DNA of 27,945 nt from Geosiphon pyriformis uo1 (GCA_016748015.1 JAAOMT010000509.1:1-27945), one strand, 5' to 3'; counted from the stretch's first letter, positions 1 through 16,736 are shown. The notes: a model not told the origin generated them from the letters alone. Numbers and translations: made by a program.

Positions 1-3000
1 CCTGTGAACCTTTTGACAAATTAGAACATACTCTTGCTTTTAGGTTAGAGAAATAATTTACAACTTCATAATTCGAAAATCATCATTTAAAGTTAATCAG
101 TACCATATTGGAACTTTGAATTCTACAGGCCATTCGGAAATCTAATCGCCTCTTCACAGAAATTACATCATAGGCATGATATATGTTTTTTCGAAAAAAA
201 TGGTCTAAGACATGGTTATTTTACTCTGCGTGAAAAAGAGAAACATAGGGTAGGAATTTGTCTTCTTGATTTTTTAAAATATCAATATTGCCTCTAACTT
301 ATATTCCTAGGTAATTGATCTACTATGGAATTGTGATTCTTCTATATTGGCTTTGTTATTGGGAAGGAAGGAATATAATTCGCAAGTCGTACACGGTATT
401 TTGGGTTTTCGTTTGATCATCTAACACTCTAGAAAAATCACCAACTATTTGACCATTTTCTTCACTAGTTCAATTGTGGAGTATAAGTAATTATCATTGG
501 TATTTAAAGCAAGAAATCTTACCAGTGCTTAGTAAATCCATCATATCTATCTTTTGGGATAATGAAATACCTTTACGCCTACATTATATTACTGAAGGTG
601 AACTTTTTATTTCCAGAGCTATTTCCATTCTTCAAATGTTAAAAGCTTTCATCTATTTTTGATTACCAACAGACGGTTACTACTGTCACGATTACGTGTG
701 GGATACTTTAACCGCAAACAAAATATCAAAAGAGAACGCTGCAACTGTCGCTGTTATTGATGGATGTATTTATTTTTCCTTTTTATCGTGAAAAATGGCA
801 ATCTTTTTTCAATATAACACTGAATTTCCTTTTTAGCATCACTCCTAGTCACTCCTTTCCGATATATAAATATTCCTCCTCCAATGTGTGCCTTTGATAT
901 TCCTCTTGATCGTCCAGCTGTAGATGTATCCTTTTCCATGGAAAATCATGGAAATGACTTTGCTGTTCTCTTAGCAACTAATGAAATATCACTCTTTGAT
1001 TGGAGTTCTTTGTTCCAAGGGCTTCCAATGAAGCCTCCAAGATTATTGGGAACCTTCAAGTTAGTTTGGCTAATATTTTTTCAATCAGTTTTTCTCTTAC
1101 CAATTGTTTATTGTTAGACCTTTGGGGCAAGAAACCGTTGTTTCTTTAAGGCAAATCATCTGGATCAATCGTAAAACCGTCCTATGCTTGGAATCTTCCC
1201 CATCTTGTGAAGATTTCATAATCAAAATAACTTTATATTTTGATGAGGATGGGGCTCCTAAAATTGACTCTCAAATTCGATGCTCGACGCCTGGCACCAT
1301 TCTAAGACTTTCTACTCATACTCATCTTTCTGAAGTATTTATTGAATCTGTTGAAGGGTCAATTTATAAAGGTTAGCCAATTTCCTGCATTTAATTTAAT
1401 AAATCTTTGACTTTTTTCGACAATTTTTACTTCAATCATGTAGTCTTGTTCGATCAAGGAATTGATCAAGTAAATTGTATCGAAATTGAACCCAATCCTC
1501 TCATACGCTTTCCCGAATGTTGTGAATATATCTCCTCTACTAGCTTGGGGAATGAAGGTTCAACAAATGTTCGTGTCGAATAATTTCTTCATTTTCAATT
1601 ATTCACATTGAATATTCGGCTATAATTTTAATCCAGCTTTGTTCAGCTTTTGTTTATAGGTCTTAGCAAGGGAAATAAACTATATGCCAATGACATAATA
1701 CTTGCCGCTGATTGTACATCCTTCTTTATCCACAATGATTTTTTGGTTTTCACAACCTCCAATCAAAACGTCAGGTTCATCTCACTTCATCTTGAACTTT
1801 CTGGTAAAAGCCATCATTCTTTATCTGTATTTCTAGTGTTAAATAATTTTAACCATAATGATTTGGAATTCCAGAATTTAAACCTTCTGAAGCCATTGTA
1901 GAAGCTTTTGATGAATCAAGACGCCGTGTTGAAAGAGGAGCTAAAATAATTATTGCGTCTCATTTTGACGTGTCTCTTGTTCTACAAGTAAATTGTGTAA
2001 ATTTAATCCATGCTTGATAGAAAAACGGCTTAACCAAAGTTTCATTAAATTAGATGCCCAGAGGCAATCTGGAAACCATTTATCCACGAGCTTTTGTTTT
2101 GGGTGCTGTAAGGCAATATATTGATAGGTAATCTTCCTCACTTATGTATCGATTTTTATTCATATCGCTAATAGCACGATATCCTTCACAGACTCGAATA
2201 TCGATCTGCTTTCATGATATGTCGCAAACACAAGCTTGATTTCAACATTTTATATGATCATGCTCCTGAATCTTTCTTGGAACATATACAAGAGTTCGTT
2301 GCTCAAGTTTCAGAAGTTGAATACTTAAATCTTTTTCTGTCCAATATACGGTAAAATGACATTTTAAAAGTGTGAATAGCAAGAATTATATTGATATTTA
2401 CGGATAATTTATTTCAAACTAGGAACCAAGATGTTACCCATTCTCTGTACCCTCAACTCTCCAGATTATCTTCACATAAAATCAGGTAATATCAACTCAA
2501 ATAATCATCCATAAAAGTTATTTGTTTTAGCCGAACTAAAACTTAGCTATAATTTAAACAGGGAACCATTAAATTCACCTGGAAAAGTTAATATAATATG
2601 TGATACGATTAGAGTAGTACTGGAGGAGGTTGATCAACGACGATATATACAATCAATATTGACCACTTACATACAAAAAACTCCCCCGGATTTGGAAGCT
2701 GCTTTAAATTTGTTGATCCAGCTTAAAGGTTAAAGCTTGATTATAAAAACTCCTATTAACTTTTAATTTCCCAAACAAATCCTCTTTTTATATATACTAA
2801 AATACAATTTTTGATTAGCCCAAGATCATGATTTCGCTGAATCTGCTCTCAAATTCACCACGTTTTTAATTGACCCCGAAAAACTTTACGATGTCGCTTT
2901 AGGTCTCTATGATTTCAGCCTCGTCCTCATGGTCGCTCAGCAATCTCAAAGAGTTGGTATTAAGAATGGAATTCTCAAACTTAAAAGGAAAACATCCAAG

Positions 3001-5010
3001 ACTATTCAAACTTATTTTCTATAAGGATCCCCGTGAATACTTACCGTTCTTAACGGAGCTTCAATCTCACGAAAAGTATTATCAGCGCTTCAAAATTGAT
3101 GATTATCTAAAACGCTTTGAGAAGGCCTTGAAAAATTTAAGTTTGGCTGGTATTTCTTACAAAAAAACCCATCAAAGATTCATTTAGTTTTGCATATTCC
3201 TAATAAATTTTTTGATTATTATAGACGACAAACACCTCGATTTTTGTTTTGAGTATATTCGAAAGCATCAACTGTATAAAGCAGCATTAAGAATTTTTTC
3301 TAAAAATCCTGAAAAGCATAAGGCATGTCAAATTTCTGCAAGTTTCCAATTGAGCTTTAAATATTTGATGCAAATATTGAACATCTCATAATTATGAATC
3401 AAAGATCGTGGTTTCAATGTATGCTGACCATCTCTTTCAAGATTCAAAATTCCAAGAAGCTGGGTTGGGTAAGCCATTTTTATACTTGCAAATGCAACCT
3501 TCAATATAAAACAATATTTTATTTTATTTCAATCTTAGCGTATGCTTTAGCGGAAAAGCCGGTCGATGCTTTAGAAGCTTTCAAAAAAGCTTGTCTATGG
3601 CGCGATGCTTTAGTCATTGCCCAACAACTTAAATTTTCCAAAGAAGATTTATATAAATTGGCCATTGAGCTTTCCGGTTGGTTTTCTTAGCCTTCCAAAA
3701 TTTTCTCCAATTATCTAATCAAAGAATATTTTCCAGAACTTCTGGGGGAGAAAAGACTTTTTCATGATGCAGCACAAGTGCTTCTGGATTACACCGAGGT
3801 TTGTTAAAATCGTTGAGAGATCTTGAACTTTCACTAATTATTAGTCGAAAATGATTTAGGAACTTGAGGAAGCTGTGGGTTTTTTGGCCCAAGCCTACAT
3901 GTGGAAAGAAGCCGAACGTATTGTAAGTACTAAGCCCTTGCAAAACTTTTATTTCGTAATTTACAAGTTTTGAGTTGTTGCAGTGCTATTTGCATAGTCG
4001 AGAGGATTTAGTTGTCTCTCTCCTCAGGCCAAGTATTTTAGAGGGTAGGTTAAGCGTTTTCAATATATATGTAAGGATATTTATGTTTTTAAACCCACTC
4101 AGGCTGAATGTTAAAGTTTTTAGGCTACAAACATATCACAGAAGATATTGATAGCATGTTAGACCAATTACGCAAACAAATAACTCGCCTTGGGGAGATT
4201 TCTTCTAGCAGGAGTAACACTCGTAAGCTCTTGCATCGTTTCGTTATCACTATTCCGCTGGCTTTTGCAATCTTACTAATTTTCAAAAATTAAATTGTGG
4301 ATAGAAACTGAATATTTTCAAAATGATCTAATATTGGATAATACGGAGATTTTATCAGACACACACTCCTTAGCTAGCAACTTCAGCCTTTACTCTCAAT
4401 CTAATACAAGATTAAGCGTAGAATCAACGCGGAGCGGGTAAATTTTCAACTTGAACAGTTTCACTGTTTTATATGGATTATTTAATTTTTTTGGAAATAG
4501 TAAAACTGCTAAGAGCCGCCGCAGAGAAGAACGAAAGCGGGCCCGAGGAAAGAAAGGAAGTGTTTTTGAAGAAGAATATCTACTTAACTCGCTCAAAAGG
4601 TTAAAAGAACGTTTTAATGGGATGAAAGGTAACATTAGAAAAACCCAATCGAATTAAGTTTCTAACTAAATTCCCAAATTTTTACTCAATTTCCAATCAT
4701 TAGAGAACATATCAAAGGTATTACAATATCTCGCTATGTCAAAAAATTTGGAAAAAGCTAGACATCTCCAATCTTCATATGGGGAATTAGAAAAAGAAAT
4801 ACAGAAAGAACTCGATGATAAAAGCCATCAGTGGCCTTTGATGGAAACCTCAGAGGTAATATAGGTACACTTCAATTTTCTGATATTTCCTCGCTCTAAT
4901 TTTTACTTAAAAAATAGGCAATTAATGTGACTGGCAGCAACAAACAACCTATAGTTACACATCCAAATATTGAAGGATCATGGAAACTTGAGATTTTGGA
5001 CAGCATGTAA
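1..5010 (+). CDS. ELP1: Elongator complex subunit 1 (Elp1/Iki3), multi-exon, 5' end outside the window
   Basis: Manual splicing (~26 introns) gives [102 protein letters not shown], the basic tRNA-binding tract [27 protein letters not shown], and C-terminal [10 protein letters not shown] (TAA 5008-5010). All are hallmark Elp1 motifs. Confidence 0.96.
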
Positions 5011-5255
5011 AGCTTCATAGTAAAAGCATTGTTGTGACTTTTACGACATCTGTTTGATTAAATATTTCACGTCAAATGAGTTGATCAAGTTTATTAAATG
5101 AGATTTACAGTGTCCCAATCATTTAATCTTGATTAATTTTTTTAAATGTAACTCGATGTTTTCCTTTTTTATAAATTACATTGACATCACCCTTCCCTTA
5201 ATTTTTTCCTTTTCTATTTTATCTGGGGATAATTGATCTATCTTTGTGTCCTTTT

Positions 5256-7701
5256 TCAAGGTCGTCTTTTGATGGTTTTTCTTGGCAGCTGATACTTTTG
5301 CTTCAGATCTTTGGTGATTTCCCCCGAATGTGAAGCCTTACCTCTTTTATTACCTGACACTTTGATACCCTTTTTCTTAAGCAGTCTCATTCTTGCGTCT
5401 ATTGATGTATATAAAGTTGAATAAATACTTAAACTTAAAACTGGAATAAAGAGTATTTTGCTTACCTTCTAAATACTTCTTATCCTCGTCGTCATCGAAT
5501 TTAATATCTTGCTCCGGAAGTTGATGTTTTGGAGGGTTATTTATCGTCTCATCATGTCCGGTCCGTTCATCGCCTTCCATCTTAGATAAAGTATTGGAAA
5601 ACTTTTTGAATTTGGAGATGAAAAAACCATCCATGTTATGCACATGCGGATAAAATCTTCTTGTCAAATTAAGAGAAGGATGGAAGATCGTCCCACGAAA
5701 TCTTCAGATAAAAAAATGAATGAGAAAATGACTGAAAGCAATATGAATATGCACTATGTCCGATTTTACTTTGTAAAACCCTCAACCCCAAATTCTAAAC
5801 CGGTGGATACAAGTTTTATGTTAGGTCTCTTTCTCAGGGCGTAATTTACGACAGCTTCATTTTCTTCAATTGTCACTGAACAAGTCGAGTAAACAATATA
5901 GCCACCGGTGGCTGACTTGGCATCAACCGAGTCGATAGCGGCTAAAATAAGCTCCTTTTGCAAATGAGAGAGCTGGATAAAATCTTTGCTTAACTGTAAA
6001 TGAGAAAATTTCTTAACAAAGAAATTACTTAAAAAAATTCAAGATAAAGCTTTGATAAAAAATACTTTGTTAATTTTGATCGAAGGATCCTTAGAAATTA
6101 TTCCCGTACCACTGCATGGTGCATCTAACAGAACACGATCGAAACCACCCATTACGCTGGGAAACTCTCGCCCATCATAGATGGATACAACTGCATTTTT
6201 GACACCCAGCCGGTGTATATTAGCCACGAGAGCCTTGATTCTGTCTTTACTGGAATCATTAGAGAATATCATTCCAGTATTTTTCATTAGGGCTGCAATA
6301 TATGTTGTTTTCCCCCCAGGTGCTGATGCCATATCCAGTATTCTTTCATTCTCTTGTGGAGCTAAGGCCATAACGGGTAAAAAGGACGAAGCTGTTTGTA
6401 ACATGTAATGCCCGGCAAGATATTCAGGGGTGGCACCTATACCACAAGAGGCGTGTTAATGGTTTGTATGCAGCTTTATTACTGCCTCAAATGTGAACAA
6501 TAATCGACAGACCAATCGGAACCGATGAATCGAAAACAGTCAATCCAACTTTTGACCATTTGCCAACCGGTTCCAAATTAACACCGCGGTTGATAAGAGC
6601 CTAGATTATATATGTAATAATTAATAATTTTCTGTAAATGAAAATAAGAATATTAAAATTTCAAACCTGCGCTAAATCTCTTCTTCGTGTACGCAGGGTA
6701 TTGGTTCTAATAGTAACAGGTCGTGCGACTTCGTTTGCCTCAAAAAATTCTATTGCCTTTAGAAGGAAGTTAAAATTAGTTTTAAAAAATATTTGAGTTC
6801 TTTTCTACCGAATAAAAATTAATTAAGATTATCAGTTACCTCAGAAACAGAAAATAAATGAAATAACTTTTCTGCCAAGAACTCAGAGTACCCATAATAT
6901 ACTGCTATATCTTTTATAAGTTGATCGACATATTCTGCTCGACCTCTATTTTAAAATAGATTAAATTGGGATCTATCCAGATAACCAGAAATTGAGAAAT
7001 TTTAAGATGTTAGCTAACCGTTCTTGGTCTCCTAATTGCTTGAAATTATTGAGGACCCTCAAAATGTCTGAAATGCGCTGTTGAGTGATTTGCAAATCCG
7101 GCGCTACCAAATTTTGCTTCTCTATTTCTTGTCCACTAGGCAGAACATATTTTTCCACCTCCATTATATTAGTTTTAAGTTCGGCCTCAGCTAATTCCGA
7201 ATCTCTCGTTTTTTTGCGATCCAGTTTTGCTGACTTTTCTTCCATATCAAGCTGCTAATCCAAAAAGAGTGATAAATAATTAAAAATGTGAGGTAATTCA
7301 TGAAACTTCTAAAATAAATCCCTTTTGGTGTCTCATACATCATTCTCTGAAGAGGAAGAGTCGTTTGTTTCAGAATTCTCTGAATGATCCGAGGTATTAT
7401 GCATTACTTCCTCTGACATTTTTGTAAATAGATTTTTTGTTTCTTCAGTGGACACGTACGAAATGGTACCCTTTGAAAGACCGTCTTCTTTTGATCTTTC
7501 TTGATAAAAGTCTTCAGCCCTTATGCAAATTGTACTGTCAATTTCGTTTATACTCATCTCATTAAAATCCAAGTCTTCGTCATAACGGCGCTTTTTGGGC
7601 GATTCAGACTCTTTAACAGGAATTGTGTCATCTTTAGCATCCTTTGCAAATCTAGGGTTGTGTAGTTGTCTCTTGCGTTTCTTATTAAGTAAAGAGGTCA
7701 T
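5256..7701 (-). CDS. NOP2: 25S rRNA cytosine-C5 methyltransferase Nop2 (NSUN1), multi-exon
   Basis: ATG at 7701. Spliced product has [43 protein letters not shown], motif [15 protein letters not shown], motif VI YSTCS, and [21 protein letters not shown]. At least 8 introns. Unspliced last exon stops at 5256-5258; an optional extra intron would move the stop to 5176. Confidence 0.96.
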
Positions 7702-7881
7702 GATGGCAACAAGGTGATTGTACCAGAGTTTAAAATCTAGTTGATTATTGATCGAGTTTCCAGCAGTGAAAATTTTACATCAGTTATCGTTACGTAATAT
7801 GAGCAGGTTACACCACTGTTATACCTATAAAATCAAAAGTCACCTCTAAACTTTATTCGATAGCTCAGTCTTGCGAAAACA
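7702..7881. promoter_or_regulatory. 180-bp bidirectional promoter NOP2/DDX42 with RRPE-like TGAAAATTTT (7767-7776) and palindrome TTACGTAA (7790-7797)
   Basis: Divergent ATGs at 7701 (-) and 7882 (+). Motifs are read directly from the sequence; their function is inferred. Confidence 0.65.
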
Positions 7882-11825
<3,944 letters not shown>

Positions 11826-12769
11826 ATGTGAGAAATCAATATGTTGCATCAGGATTAGTTTCAACTTTTATCGCAATTAAATATTAGGAATTTCTGGTTT
11901 TTCATTTTGTTTCTAAGGTAAAACCTTTTTTTAATTCTATCACTTTATTTTTTAGGCTATCAAAATTAAATAAACTACGTTTTTTAAATACAATAGTTTC
12001 TTGATTAAAAATACATTGCTGTAATAATTTTACATAATATAAATAAATATATATATATTACATTGTTGTCAGTAGAATTTGAGCCAAAATTAATAGCATA
12101 TTATTTTTAATTTTACATAAATTATTCAATTATTGGTTTTTGATTTTATTAATAACATGATTTGTAATAACTTAAAAGTATAATTAAATATTATAATTAA
12201 ATTATGCATAATTTTAAATAATATAATATTAAATTTTTTACTATATGATAATTTTTGAATTAATTATCTTAATCAGTTATAAATTCTTAAAATTTTTTTA
12301 CAATTGAAAATTGTAAATAATTAAAATTAAATTATTTTATTTATAATATTATAATAATAACTTTTTTTGTTAATTTTAATATATTTTTTTTTATTAAGTT
12401 TTAATAAAGTATATTTAAATAGTATTTAATACAATATACCAAATTAAATAACTTAAATTAAATATGTTTTACATGTTTTTTACATATAACCAACCACCCA
12501 AATTAATTAAAGCATTAATTAAACTGAATTAAAAGAAGCTAAAAATAAATTTAATTTATTAAATCTTTTAATAATACCATTTAAATTTTGAATATCAAAA
12601 ATAAAATCACTAAAAAACAGTTTAATTTTCTCAAGACTATTCTTAATATTAAAATTATATATTTGTTATAAAGCAATCATATAATTATATATTTTTATTC
12701 AAAAAAAGTGTTTTAGTAATATTAAGTTTATCTTTATTTATGTTATTAAATTTAATCTTAGTTTTAAAA

Positions 12770-13315
12770 CTAGCTGTTACTCATAAAAATTAGGAATTAT
12801 AATAAGTAGATAAAATAGCCAATCAGAAATAAACATAGTAAAAAAAAGAATTCCAAAAAAATTGCAAGATTTCAGAATTCCAGAATTCCAGAATTTCTTT
12901 TTAAAAAAATTGAAAAATTTTAAAAAATCTCATATAATATAAACTTATATATATAGTAAGAGTATTAAAAGCAGAAAAAGTATTAAAAAGAGTTCAAATT
13001 CAATTTAGAACAACCAGATATTTTTCTTTAAAAAATAGTTTTCTATAATTTGAAATAGAATTATTCTCATATCAATAAAATTATTTATTATTATCCAATT
13101 CATATTATCATTATTTAATTAAAAAAATATTAATTACTTCTATACTATCAATACTCCATGTTAATAGAATCTAATATTTAATCACATTAGACCAATAGCT
13201 CTTGATTATAGTTATTGACAGAATACTAATTTCTTATTTTTTTTTTTATTTTTTTTGTTGTTTACTAATTAATTAAGAAATTAAGTATTGAGTAATTGAT
13301 ATTAAAGATAGTTTG
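12770..13315 (+). repeat. Diverged direct repeat, copy A (~550 bp)
   Basis: Collinear with 13806-14394. Shared blocks include TAAAATAGCCAATCA, TTTAGAACAAC, TTTTCTTTAAAAAATAGTTTTCTATAA, ATATCAATAAAATTATTTATTATTAT, AGTTATTGACA and TTGTTGTTTACTAATT. Confidence 0.9.
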
Positions 13316-13329
13316 GTAAAAAACTTAAG

Positions 13330-13576
13330 AGTAAAAATTTAAGGATAGCTTATTAAAAGAGCATAATTGTTAGAATAAACCAGTCATTATGCTAAAAAAA
13401 AATTCACAAAATAAAACCATTAATTAAATCTTTGTTCATTATATAAAAAACTTAACCAAAATCTTTAAACTCTAAAATCTTCAAAAATTACCAACATTTT
13501 CAGTTATTGAGCATTAAGTTATGAATTTGTTATTTGTTTCAACACTCCAAATAATTATCTGTAATATTTAATGCTT
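13330..13576 (+). repeat. Inverted repeat arm B
   Basis: Reverse-complement match to ~14362-14670. For example, 13347-13394 vs rc(14604-14651) aligns ungapped at 39/48. Confidence 0.85.
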
Positions 13577-13805
13577 TCTATAAGATATAATTCAACAGAA
13601 AACCAACATTAATATTAACTATCTGAAAAAGTAACAGACCAAAAAATCATAAGAGAAAATTATTTAAAATTTATGAAATCCTAATTTCAACATTACCAAA
13701 TTTACTTTAGACTGACAAATAATTATTGGACAACAGAATTAGCTTTTAACTTCTATGTTAACAAAAAAATTAAATTCTATTTAGAAAACCAAAGAAATTC
13801 GAAAG

Positions 13806-14394
13806 CTATTGTTATTCATAGAAAGTAAAAATTATAATAATAAGTAAAATAGCCAATCAAAAATAGGCATAGTAAAAAAAAAAATTCCAAAATTTTTTTT
13901 AAGAAATTGCAGGATTTCAGAATTGTAGAATTGCAAAATTTCAAAATTTCTTTTAAAAGAATTGAAGGATTTCAAGAAATCTTATATAACATAAATTATG
14001 TATATATAAAAAAAATTTTAAAAGCAAAAAAAGTAATTTCAAGAAAATTCAATAGAGTTTAGAACAACAATACTCTTTTCTTTAAAAAATAGTTTTCTAT
14101 AACTTGAAATAGAATTACATTAATATCAATAAAATTATTTATTATTATTCTATCTATGTTATTATTATTTGATTAAAAATATTAATTACTTTTCCCATTA
14201 TCAACATTCTATGTTAATAAAATCCAATACTTAAACTATATTAAACCAATAGCTTTTAATTACAGTTATTGACAAAATACTAATTTTTTATTTTTTATTT
14301 TTATTTTTTTTTATTTTTTTTATTTTGTTTCTTTGTTGTTTACTAATTGATTAAAGGAATTAAGCACTAAATATTTGATGTTAAGAATAGTCTG
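13806..14394 (+). repeat. Diverged direct repeat, copy A' (~590 bp)
   Basis: Partner of 12770-13315; differences are dominated by C/T and G/A changes plus homopolymer indels. Confidence 0.9.
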
Positions 14395-14670
14395 TATTAT
14401 AGGTGATTATTTGGAATCTAAAAACAAATAATAAACCTGTAATTTGGTATTTAATAAGTAATATAGTTGGTAATATCTAAAGATTTTTATGATCTAAAGG
14501 TTTTGTAACTGAAAATTTTGGTTGAGTTCTTTGTATAATAAACAAAGATTCACTGGTTGTATTAGTAGCTTCTTGGAATCGCAATTCTGTTGAATTTTTT
14601 TTTTAGCATGGTGACCAGTTTATTCTGATAGTCATGCTCTTTTGATAAGCTTATTTGTAAATTCTTTATT
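14362..14670 (-). repeat. Inverted repeat arm B'
   Basis: Reverse complement of 13330-13576; directly continues copy A'. Confidence 0.85.
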
Positions 14671-15182
14671 GTTATTATTATTATTATTAGCAAAAAGTTT
14701 TAAATTTAATCAATACTAATTATTATTTGTTTTTGTTTTTAGTTTATGTTTAGTCAATTTATTTTAATACAAACTTTTTTTTAACATATAATAGTTAATA
14801 GTTTTTTTTAATATTTTTTCAATAAATAACATTATAATTATTGCAAAAATTAAAAACAATTAAAAAGTTATTTCCAATATCAGAAATAATCAAATTGTTT
14901 TAATTTACTGTTTTATTAATTTTCTAAAATTTGCAGTTTTTTTTTAGATTTTATAATATACAAAAGTTTAATTTTTTTGAAAATAAAGTTTTATTGTTAA
15001 TAATAATAAAATTTTCTTGCCAAAAATAGTTATTAAAATATTTATTAATATTATTACAAATTTAAGAAACTCGTTCAATAGAAAATAATACTAGGATTTG
15101 TTTTAAGAAAGAAAACTGAAACTTTAATAATTTATTATAAAAAAAACGAATGTGTTCAAGTTTTATTTATCATTCTTACCAA

Positions 15183-15380
15183 GTTGCGTCATTTCAGCCA
15201 AATAACTGTTTCAAAAATACATGTTATTTTGTTATTTATTGTTAAGCTGAGGAGAGTTCTCATTCTGTTATTATTATTAAACTGTCATTAAACTTTAAAA
15301 AAATTTTATTGTTAACATGTTGTGTCATTTCAGCTAAATAACTGTTTCAAAGATACATGTCATTTTATTATTATTGTTAA
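15183..15380 (+). repeat. Pair of ~62-bp direct repeats (15183-15245, 15319-15380)
   Basis: GTTGYGTCATTTCAGCYAAATAACTGTTTCAAARATACATGTYATTTTRTTA occurs twice, with 5 mismatches in 52 nt, all transitions. Confidence 0.9.
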
Positions 15381-16736
15381 TGTGATAACATTAAATTGAT
15401 CATATATGAATTCACGTGACCTGTGACTTTCACTGGTGGCGATAAATAGATTTTTGCATTTTAAATAATAATTTCGTATTAGAATTTTTTACGAAAGAAT
15501 TTTAATTGTAATTAAAAAATATGGTATCTAACATTATAATTTAGAAATTATGTATTGATTTTGGGTTATAAATACTAATGAAAATATCAGTTTTTTAGTT
15601 TTTGGGACAAAATTTATTTAAAACATTTTGAAAAAAACAAAAATCTGTTTACAAAACAGACTAGATTTTGTTTGTTTAGAATTACGTATGTTTATGTGCA
15701 AGTAGTATAAACAATGTAATTTGAAACCAAAAATGGGATAATAGATTGGCAGTTAAAAAAGTGAATGAAAAAAAAACTCTTTTTTTTATTAAATAGTAAA
15801 AGAATATTAAAGATTGAATATATATATTTCTTTTTCTTTCTTTTTATTTCTTTTTCTTTTTTTTTAAATAAAATTCAAATTCACAAAATTAAGTAAAAAA
15901 AATATTTTCAAAAAATATTATCATTAAATAACTTAATACTTAAAGTTCCCAACCTTAAAACCTATGTATGCCATTTATAATTAAAACACAATTATTTACA
16001 CGGGAAAAGAAATTTATTTTTAGTAAAATTTTCTTGGCAAAAAACAAAAAACAAATTATATCTACTTTCATTAAATATTTGATAAGAAAAGGATCATAAA
16101 ATGTTATGACAAATTAAATTTGTACCCTTCTTCAAGTGCCATCTAAATAATTACTCAAAAAGAAAAAATTTTAAAATTAAAAAGTAAAGATTCCCAAGTT
16201 TCATTCTATTGGTTTTACCTCTTTCGGCTTCTCTTTACTCTGTTTCATATAATTTAATCGTTATAATACCTATAATTTACATTATCATTGAACTAATACA
16301 TGATGGTAATACACTGCCACACTTGATTTTTAAGTAACTATTTTCGGGGGTTACTCGGAACGTGAAATAATGTTCATCCCGAATTCATCTTTAAATTGAT
16401 TGTTATATAATTATTTATTTTATTCTATTTCAATCCTGGTTCTGTGTAACTTCTTCTTCTCAATGATAATTTCAATTGACACAACCAAAAAAGAGCCGCT
16501 TCGAAGAAAACAAATAGAAGTTAATTCTTTTTTGAATCTATTTATATATATACATATATATACATATATATCTATTATGGATCTAATGTGTTTATAATTT
16601 TGTTATTTGGGTGTACTAAAAGTCGTCGAAATTTAAACATCAATTAAAAGTTTTAATTTCCAATGTTTCTATATAAAGAGCTTTTAAAGGTGATTTAAAA
16701 CGTGAAAACCGAGACGGTTTTTTTAACACTTTAATA

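Larger units (their letters stand above)
11980..15070. mobile_element. Extremely AT-rich, CpG-depleted island of decayed repeats / transposon relics (family not identifiable)
   Basis: No ORF >60 aa. Only 2 CpG found by eye (13800, 14580). Contains diverged direct and inverted repeat copies. Confidence 0.6.

Noticed and set aside
2180-2191. ATATCCTT as a U12-type 5' splice site
   Set aside because: It lies at the 3' end of an ordinary GT-AG intron with a GCTAAT branch point. No inferred intron in the window starts with RTATCCTT.
12770-14394. Direct repeats as paired LTRs of a TRIM/LTR element
   Set aside because: No TG..CA termini, PBS, PPT or target-site duplication are discernible, and the spacer is an inverted piece of the same unit.
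15183-15380. Repeat-spacer-repeat as a CRISPR array
   Set aside because: Eukaryotic context, only two ~62-bp diverged copies, and no cas genes.
15412-15420. GTCACGTG (CDEI-like) beside AT-rich DNA as a point centromere
   Set aside because: No CDEIII-like element, and the flanking AT-rich DNA is explained as decayed repeats; a lone E-box is common.
16343-16384. Small hairpin (TTCGGG..GAACGT-GAAATA-ATGTTC..CCCGAA) as a ribozyme/ncRNA
   Set aside because: No hammerhead CUGANGA core and too short; may just be CGG-type transcription-factor sites.
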